Positions 57,499-64,000 of a stretch of DNA of 64,000 bases are shown one piece after another (the first letter of the stretch is position 1; the number at the start of each line of letters is the position of its first letter). Position numbers and translations under genes: made by a program. The stretch spans positions 1 to 64,000 of the forward strand of contig JBDRCO010000031.1 in the NCBI GenBank assembly GCA_043821645.1, read 5' to 3'. Below the pieces are notes generated by a model, which was not told the origin of the DNA, made no database searches, and worked only from the letters and a program-made list of their open reading frames with translations. This DNA is from Pseudomonadota bacterium. Lineage in GTDB: Bacteria; Myxococcota; JACRCW01; JAFGSX01.

Positions 57499-60336
57499 TT
57501 AACTCGCTACGTAGGGTAAAAAAACCACCACTTCCTTTTCCCAGGCTGCTGTGGACCGACGTACTTTCATGCTGCCCCCACACCTCTGCAGCGTTTCCAG
57601 GACCAGACCCAGGCCCCGATCAGGGGGCCTCTGTCTGACATCATCCATGGACAAGGTGGAGCTGGCCAGGTCCCCGACGGCCAGGGCCAGGCGCACGTGA
57701 CCGGTGACGGGGTGGGTCTCGAGTGTCAGGTGGAGCCCAATTTTGAGTGGAAGTTTGGCTTCAGCTATTTCTGCCAACGCTGCATTTCTAAATAGATTAT
57801 TCAAAATCAGTTGTAGTGATTCTGGGGCCAGGCTCAGGTGCAGGGGCCACTCCAGGGTGGAACTCAACTGCAAGGCCTCGGCAGGTGTTTGCGCCAGCCC
57901 CGGTTCGCGCAGGGTGGCCTCGAAAGTCCTGACAAACCAGCTGGCATCCAGGGGCGCGCTGCGAATCTGCTCGATCAGCTCCTGCATGCGCAGGTAGGCG
58001 TCCGTGTTCAACGCAGCCGAGGCGCGCTCGAGTGCCTGGCACACCCGAGTACGGGTCCTGGGGTGCTCGAGCCTGGCCTCGACGATCTGGTCTTGAATGC
58101 CGGCGAGGATTGAAAAGCCTTTGAATATTGGCGCAATGGAATCATCTTTGAAGCGCACGTTGAGGCGTGACCCGGCACCTCGTGCGAGTTCTTCGAGCTG
58201 CAGCACATGGTGCCGGAAACGGCCAGAGGGGCTGTCCTCGCCACCCTGGGCGAGCTGGCGGACCCGCTGCAACTGGGCCTCGGTGGCCTGCCCGGCGCGC
58301 AAGGATTCGGCCACACCCTGCAGGATCATGGTGTTGTGCTTGAGCACCTCGTGGTGGATGGAGGACAGCAGGCGCTTCACCTCCGCGCTGCTGTCGGGGT
58401 AGCGCAGCACGAAGCGCTGCAGATCCAGGCCGCCGAAGCGATACCGCAGCAGCCAGGCCAGGGCACTTGCCACGCCCAGAACCAGCAGCAGCGGGAGCAG
58501 CGCGCTGGCCCAGGCGGCCCGGGTCAAGGCCCCCTGCAGCTCTGCACGACGCTCGAGCAAGGCGCTGCCCGCAGGCAAGGGGTCCAGCACGTCCAGCTCG
58601 ACAAGGCTGCGCAGCAGGTCGGGCAGCAGGCTCCAGGACAACCAGGCCGGGCCGTGGCGGGCTCGTGCCAGGTGCAGCTCCCCCAGGTAGAGCGCGGCCT
58701 CGGCGTCGCCCAGAGCCAGGCCTTGGTCCAGAGCGGCCTGGGCAGCGGGCAGTTGGCCCTGCTCGAACAGGATGCTGCCGAGCTGGGTATGGACATCGGC
58801 CTGCCCGGGATCCAGGCGCAGGGAATCCGCCAGGGCCAGGGCTGCCTCATCCAGCTGTCCGGCAGCGTGCAGGATTCGGCCCTCGAGGGCGCGCAGGCGG
58901 GCATCCGGGAGGTCCGCACCCAGGTGGCGGAGGGTCGCCAGGGCAGCGGCCGTTTCGCCCCTGGCAAGCAGCGCGCGGGCTCGGTTGAGGCCCTGCAAAC
59001 CGCCCTGCCGAAAGCTGCCTTCAGATCCCAGTGCTGAGGTGATTTCTAATGTTGATGAAAGGAGTTCCCCTTCTTTGCTCAAGCTCTTGACGAGGTTTGA
59101 TTGCAGGGCCTGGGCCTGGGTTCGGCCAGGCTCGGGGGGTTGGGCTGCGAGGTACTCCTGTACCAGCTGCAGGGCGCGCGGCAACTGCCCGCTGCGCCTG
59201 AGAGATTGAGCCAGCTTGAGCTTGAGCTCTATCCAGTCGGGGCGCAGTTGCAGGGCGCGGCCAATGAGGGCGATGGCCTCCTGCACCCTGTTGTCGTCCA
59301 CGTGTTCGAGGTAGAGCTCGCCCAGCCGGGCGTGCAGGTCGGCGCTCGACTGGTCGAACACCAGGCCCCGCAAGTACTCGAGCTCGGCACGCTGCCTGTC
59401 CCCCTGAACCCGCCAGGCGTCACCCAGCAGCAAGCGGGCCTCGCTGTAGCCCGGCGCCTGGGCCAGGGCCTGCTCCAGCAGCGCGACGGCCTCGCGGGGG
59501 CGTCGGCGCTCGACCAGGGTACGGGCGCGCTCGAGCAGCAAGGCCGCCTCGTCGCCCGGGGCACTGCTGCCCGCGCTCCAGCCGAAGCGACGGGCCTGCA
59601 GCTCCACCTCGACGCGCCACATGCGATCGCGCGCGGCGTCGCCAAAGGGGCCGTCGGCGTCGACCCGGCTGTACCAGGACAGGGCCTCATCCAGGCTGTC
59701 GTGGTCGCGGAACAGGTCGCCCAGCTCGAGCACCAGGGTCTCGTCGTCCACGGTCAGGGCCAGTGCCTCGCGGTAGAACTGCACCGCCTGCTCGAAGCGC
59801 TCGAGGCGCGAGGCCAGCCGCGCCTGGTGCCGGATCAGATCCGGGTCGTTGGCCTGGGCTGTCCGCAGGGCCGCGAGACGGCCCGCCAGGTCCTCGAGCT
59901 GCACCACATCCACATCCTCGCGCAGCACCTGGTCGACCACGGCCAGCACCACGTCGACGCGGTCGGGGGCCAGCAGCATGGCCTGCTGGAGCTGGGCCCA
60001 GGCCTCGGCGCCGTGGCCCAGGCGGACCTGCAGGCGACCCAGCTCGAGCACCACGTCCACCGCCTGTGGGGCCATCTCCTGGGCCTCGGTCAGCAGCTCC
60101 AGCGCGGACAGCAACTGGCCCTGCACGATCTCCTCGCGGGCCAGCCGCAGGCTCTCCTCGGCCTGCTTGAGCAGGATGTCGTCGAGCAGCTGCCGCACCT
60201 TGCTGAGGTCCTTGAGGCTGGACCCTGCCTCGCTGGATCCGCCATCCACGGGCTCGTCTGGCGACCGCGCCCGGGCCGGGGCGGCGAGCAGGCAGACCAG
60301 CACGAGCAGCGCGCTCGCTGTGGGCAGGCGTGTCAC
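57499..60336 (-). CDS. TPR-repeat membrane sensor histidine kinase-like protein
   Basis: Signal peptide, many TPRs, a TM helix, H-box-like IHHEVLKHN, N-box ILNNLFRNA, degenerate G1 (VGDLAS), G2 RGLGL. GTGA overlap with the upstream gene. Confidence 0.78.
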   Translation of the reverse strand: MTRLPTASALLVLVCLLAAPARARSPDEPVDGGSSEAGSSLKDLSKVRQLLDDILLKQAEESLRLAREEIVQGQLLSALELLTEAQEMAPQAVDVVLELGRLQVRLGHGAEAWAQLQQAMLLAPDRVDVVLAVVDQVLREDVDVVQLEDLAGRLAALRTAQANDPDLIRHQARLASRLERFEQAVQFYREALALTVDDETLVLELGDLFRDHDSLDEALSWYSRVDADGPFGDAARDRMWRVEVELQARRFGWSAGSSAPGDEAALLLERARTLVERRRPREAVALLEQALAQAPGYSEARLLLGDAWRVQGDRQRAELEYLRGLVFDQSSADLHARLGELYLEHVDDNRVQEAIALIGRALQLRPDWIELKLKLAQSLRRSGQLPRALQLVQEYLAAQPPEPGRTQAQALQSNLVKSLSKEGELLSSTLEITSALGSEGSFRQGGLQGLNRARALLARGETAAALATLRHLGADLPDARLRALEGRILHAAGQLDEAALALADSLRLDPGQADVHTQLGSILFEQGQLPAAQAALDQGLALGDAEAALYLGELHLARARHGPAWLSWSLLPDLLRSLVELDVLDPLPAGSALLERRAELQGALTRAAWASALLPLLLVLGVASALAWLLRYRFGGLDLQRFVLRYPDSSAEVKRLLSSIHHEVLKHNTMILQGVAESLRAGQATEAQLQRVRQLAQGGEDSPSGRFRHHVLQLEELARGAGSRLNVRFKDDSIAPIFKGFSILAGIQDQIVEARLEHPRTRTRVCQALERASAALNTDAYLRMQELIEQIRSAPLDASWFVRTFEATLREPGLAQTPAEALQLSSTLEWPLHLSLAPESLQLILNNLFRNAALAEIAEAKLPLKIGLHLTLETHPVTGHVRLALAVGDLASSTLSMDDVRQRPPDRGLGLVLETLQRCGGSMKVRRSTAAWEKEVVVFLPYVAS

Positions 60337-61985
60337 TCGCCGCGCAGCTCCCTGACCTTGAGGCCGACCTGGTTGAGGCGCAGGCGCACCGCCCGCGCTC
60401 TGTCGGCGCTGCCCAGCAGCACCTCGGCCATGGCCGCGAAGTCGCCCCGGCAAGTCCGGAACAGCTGGCTCAGGTACTGCCGCTCGACGTCGTTGGCCAC
60501 GGCGTTGAGGGTGCGCCCGGGTTGCAGCAGGACGGTGTAGCCCTCGCTCCGAGGGGCCCCCGGCGGTGCTGCGGGTGGGGTGCGCACGGCGCTGCGCAAC
60601 AGCTCGCCGACCAGGCCGGTGTCGACCTGCAAGCGGCGCGAGCGCAGGGGCTGGCCGCTGCGCAGCAGGTCCACGGCTCCAACCAGGGTGAAGCTCACCA
60701 TGCTGTGCAGGACCATCGCCAGCTCGCGCATGTTCCCGGGCCAGGCATGGCGCCGCAGCTGCGACCACACCGGATCCGGCAGTGACAGCACCAGATCCTC
60801 GTCGGAACTGGCCCGGCCGCCCCCACTGCGGCCGAGCTGTGCGCGCAGCGGCGTCGTGGCAGCCAGGCCTGCGGCGCGGGCGATCTCGGCCTTGAGCGGC
60901 GCGTGGTCCGGGTGCTCACCGGCGCGGGCGACCAGGGTGCTGGCAAGGGCTGGAAGGTCGGCAGGGCGCTCTCGCAGCGGCGGCACCAGCACGCGCGCCG
61001 CGGGCCCCAGGCGCATGTACAGGTCCTGGCGAAAGGTTCCGGCCTGCACCGCCAGCTCGAGGGGCTGGTTGCTGGCGGCCACCACCTTGACGTCGACCGC
61101 TTGCTCGGCAGTGGCGCCGAGGGGCCGCACGCGCCGCTCCTGCAGCACCACCAGCAGCTGCTTTTGCACCTCCAGCGGCACGTTCTGCACCTCGTCCAGG
61201 AACAGGGTGCCGCCGTGGGCGAGCTGGAAGGCGCCCTTGCGATCGCTCACCGCGCCGGTGTACGCGCCGCGCAGCGCTCCAAACAGGTGCGCCGGCACCA
61301 GGTCGCGGGGCACCGTGCTGAGGTCCAGGGTGACGAAGGGGCCGCGGCGAGTGCTCTGGCGATGCAGCACGCGCTCGGCCAGAAAGGATTTGCCGGTGCC
61401 TGTCTCACCCTCGAGCAGCACTGGCATGGAGCTGCGCGCCAGCACCGCCAGACGGCGCCGCACCGCATGCATGGCGCGGTCGCGGCCCCACAGCACCTCG
61501 CCGTCGTCGGCCTGCAGGGCGCGCTGTTCCAGCGCCTGGTGAATGCGGATGCGCAGGGTGTCCACGTCATCCGCGTCGAGCAGGTAGGTCATGGACTGCG
61601 AGGCCAGCTCGCCGCCTTCGTCGACCAGCGACAGATCCGCCTGGCTGGTGGCCAGCACCACGGGCAGGTCCGGGTGCAGGCGCCGGATCTCGCGCAGGAT
61701 GGCCACGCCCTGAAAGCGCCGGGTGCGACGGTCGCTGGCGCCCGGGGCCAGCGGTAGCAGCTGCGCGGCGTCGACATCGAAGCGCATGTCGAGCAGCACC
61801 ACGTCGACCTGGGCGGCGTGCTTGTTGAGGTAGCTCAGGGCCGCGGGCCCGCTGGCCAGGCGCGGTGGCTGGTCTGCTCCGGCGGGCTGCAACAGCTCGA
61901 GTTCGTCAAGCTGGTCCGCGACCACCTGGGCGTAGTCCAGCCCGTCGTCGATGACCAGGATCCTAGGACGGCTCGACTTGGCCAT
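60333..61985 (-). CDS. sigma54-dependent enhancer-binding response regulator (REC-AAA+)
   Basis: ILVIDD...LLDMRFD, GETGTGKS, GAYTGA, GTLFLDEV, FRQDLY-x-RL, WPGNMREL. GAGGAG RBS. Confidence 0.93.
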   Translation of the reverse strand: MAKSSRPRILVIDDGLDYAQVVADQLDELELLQPAGADQPPRLASGPAALSYLNKHAAQVDVVLLDMRFDVDAAQLLPLAPGASDRRTRRFQGVAILREIRRLHPDLPVVLATSQADLSLVDEGGELASQSMTYLLDADDVDTLRIRIHQALEQRALQADDGEVLWGRDRAMHAVRRRLAVLARSSMPVLLEGETGTGKSFLAERVLHRQSTRRGPFVTLDLSTVPRDLVPAHLFGALRGAYTGAVSDRKGAFQLAHGGTLFLDEVQNVPLEVQKQLLVVLQERRVRPLGATAEQAVDVKVVAASNQPLELAVQAGTFRQDLYMRLGPAARVLVPPLRERPADLPALASTLVARAGEHPDHAPLKAEIARAAGLAATTPLRAQLGRSGGGRASSDEDLVLSLPDPVWSQLRRHAWPGNMRELAMVLHSMVSFTLVGAVDLLRSGQPLRSRRLQVDTGLVGELLRSAVRTPPAAPPGAPRSEGYTVLLQPGRTLNAVANDVERQYLSQLFRTCRGDFAAMAEVLLGSADRARAVRLRLNQVGLKVRELRGE

Positions 61986-62364
61986 GTAACTCCTCGAGCA
62001 CCGCCTGGATGGCGGTGGACACGGCGCGCAGATCCCCCAGGGCGCGCGCGCGATCGAAGTCCGCGGCCTCGGCCCGGGCCACGTGCTCCCAGGCCAGGGC
62101 TCGCGCCACGGTGCGACACAGGTCCGGGTGGGCGGGAAGGTGCTCGAGCTGCCCAGCGGCCTCGTCGACAAAGGCCTGCCACAGCGCGCGCGCGGACTGC
62201 ACGCCTGAAGGTCCGCTGCGGGTTTGCAGCAGGGCGCGGCGCAGGGCCTGGTGCGCGAGCTCGGCGCTGGCATCCGCGGGCAAGAAGGTGACCGGCATGG
62301 CGAGGTGCTTGCCCAGGTCGTGCTTGAGGTCGAGCAACAGGTCCTCGAGTTCGGTCCTGGTCAT
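61963..62364 (-). CDS. Small helical protein with H-box-like motif (possible free phosphotransferase)
   Basis: LLLDLKHDLGKHL. Overlaps the start of the activator gene. Confidence 0.65.
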   Translation of the reverse strand: MTRTELEDLLLDLKHDLGKHLAMPVTFLPADASAELAHQALRRALLQTRSGPSGVQSARALWQAFVDEAAGQLEHLPAHPDLCRTVARALAWEHVARAEAADFDRARALGDLRAVSTAIQAVLEELHGQVEPS

Positions 62365-62636
62365 GAACCCACGCCCCTGGTTTTTCAGATGCGAAAACAA
62401 GATCGAGTCTATCATTTGTCGATCTCCACGCCAGGGCTGTCGTCCCTGGCCTTGTCCGGACGGCCTGTGAGCCCAGGTCACCTCTCGTCAGCCCTTCGCG
62501 GTGCGAGCGTCATGCCACGGCGGCGCTGCGGCCCGCGGGGAAGCCCGGTCTTGAAGAAGCGTCGAGCGGTGCACCTCCGGGCAGCAGGCGCTACGGCGTG
62601 GCGGTGTGCTAGCATGCAGGAGGACCGAGGGCCGGG

Positions 62637-63926
62637 ATGACGGCGAAGCAGCACTCCACAGGACTGGTGTTGGCGCTCTGGGCGCTGGTGAGCACTGTTG
62701 GCGCCTGCCCGGTGGGTGTGTCCCAGGAGACCTGTCGCAGGGACCTGGACTGCCCCGCGAACTTTCACTGCCTGGCCGGGACTTGCTCTCGCCTCGTGGT
62801 CGACGCCGCGTCGGTGGACGGGGCCACGCTCGACAGCTCGCGCACGGATAGGTTGCCTGTGGATACGGGTTTCGCGGACCACGCGGCATCCGACCTCACC
62901 ACACTGGACGGCACCCAGAACGACGGCCAGGGGATGGACGCCACGCTGCGGGACAGCAGCCCACCGGATCTCGGTGGCCTCGACAGCCCGGCGCCAGACA
63001 CGGCGTGCAGCGACGGGGGCGCGGCCGACGGCGCGGTGGCGGACACGGCCGTTTCAGACGCGTCGGCAGCGGATCTGCACCCACCGCAGGACGGGCCACT
63101 CCCCCTGGACGCCAGTCCTCCCGTCGACGTGGGGAGACCGGACCTGGCCACCGCTGCAGACTCAAGCGGTGGGGGGGACAGCAGCTGCTCGGGCCATGCC
63201 GGGGAGCTCTGCGCGCGCCCTGGCTTCTGCGGCGCGCGCTTTGATTGCTCCGGCACCTGCGTGGGTGGGTTCACGGCGGATCCCTGCCCGCAATGTGGTA
63301 CCCGGACCTGCGAGAGCCTTCTGAACTGGAGCGAGTGCCTGGGCGGCACCTGTGGCGCGCACTCTGCCTGCAATCCCTCGACAGGCTCTTGCCTGTGCAC
63401 GGTCGCCGAGTGCGCGGGGAGCTACTGCTGCAGCGGAGACCTCTGCGGCTGCGACGTCGACGCCTACGGATGTGGTGCCAGGACGGGCGTGGTCGAGAAT
63501 TGCCCCAGCAAGCTCTGCTCCGGCAACCCACCCGCCTGCGAGACTCCGCCCTGCGACGTCAACTGCGGCGGCTGCTGCGACAACACGGGCAGCTGCCAGC
63601 CCGGCTACGCTGACAGCGCCTGCGGCACCGGTGGCAGCCCTTGCCAGAACTGCCAGCTGCAGGACAACCCGTGCGTCGACTGGGACTGCTCCAATGATGA
63701 CTGCAACATCTACTCCTTCTCGGTCAACGGCTCGAGCTGCGGAGACAACAATGAGTGCTGGAGCACCGAGTGCGTGACCTGCGATGCACGGCACGACGAG
63801 ATCTGCTGGCTGCCCTGCACCTGCCAGATTGGCACCACGGCGACGACCGGGACCTACGATTGCTTCGGCGTCTGTCAGGAGGATCCGGGCTGCACCTGCG
63901 CCCAGCAATGCGCAGGCACGTGCTAG
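62637..63926 (+). CDS. Cys-rich lipoprotein with Asp/Ala/Ser-rich linker
   Basis: VGAC lipobox, C-x-x-D-x-DCP-x-x-x-x-C module, DA/DG linker, very Cys-dense C-terminal half. Confidence 0.75.
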   Translation: MTAKQHSTGLVLALWALVSTVGACPVGVSQETCRRDLDCPANFHCLAGTCSRLVVDAASVDGATLDSSRTDRLPVDTGFADHAASDLTTLDGTQNDGQGMDATLRDSSPPDLGGLDSPAPDTACSDGGAADGAVADTAVSDASAADLHPPQDGPLPLDASPPVDVGRPDLATAADSSGGGDSSCSGHAGELCARPGFCGARFDCSGTCVGGFTADPCPQCGTRTCESLLNWSECLGGTCGAHSACNPSTGSCLCTVAECAGSYCCSGDLCGCDVDAYGCGARTGVVENCPSKLCSGNPPACETPPCDVNCGGCCDNTGSCQPGYADSACGTGGSPCQNCQLQDNPCVDWDCSNDDCNIYSFSVNGSSCGDNNECWSTECVTCDARHDEICWLPCTCQIGTTATTGTYDCFGVCQEDPGCTCAQQCAGTC

Positions 63927-64000
63927 GTCGTGACGCCGACTCTGTACCGGGGACAGTTCCCTCACCGCACCGTCGTGTCCGTTCGATGACGTCGGCGTAG

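Noticed and set aside
1-64000. tRNA, rRNA, transposase, integrase or prophage genes
   Set aside because: None recognised by eye. A tRNAscan-SE/Infernal run would be needed to exclude them formally.

Overview
GC-rich bacterial chromosomal segment, most consistent with a Myxococcota-type deltaproteobacterium (MYXO-CTERM-like sorting motifs, Cys-rich lipoproteins with DAG/DSG linkers, sigma54 promoters). This taxonomy is an inference. Recognisable genes include rocD, proC, ampG, recC-recB-recD (recB split by a +1 frameshift in a G7 run), sthA, a hypABFCDE hydrogenase-maturation operon, rnz, a TsaC-like protein, a PfkB kinase and a GGDEF protein. There are also many secreted proteins: an M4/M36-like peptidase, a 2169-aa RHS protein, a 1628-aa zinc-metalloprotease lipoprotein and an extensin-like peptidase. 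The most notable element is a ~96-nt candidate sRNA at about 56686-56781 (minus strand), absent from the ORF track. It has a sigma54 -24/-12 promoter, a stem-loop with a C9 apical loop and an intrinsic terminator. It lies directly downstream of a four-gene signalling operon (free H-box protein, REC-sigma54 activator, TPR-membrane histidine kinase, free REC protein) that looks like a dedicated phosphorelay, and the layout recalls the Pxr locus of Myxococcus. Other highlights are an RHS protein with an internal MYXO-CTERM followed by a second signal peptide (possible polyprotein), a peptide deformylase with a lipoprotein signal, and a small Cys/His-rich ORF. No tRNA, rRNA, CRISPR array or mobile element was seen. 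All calls come from reading motifs by eye, and no database searches were run.
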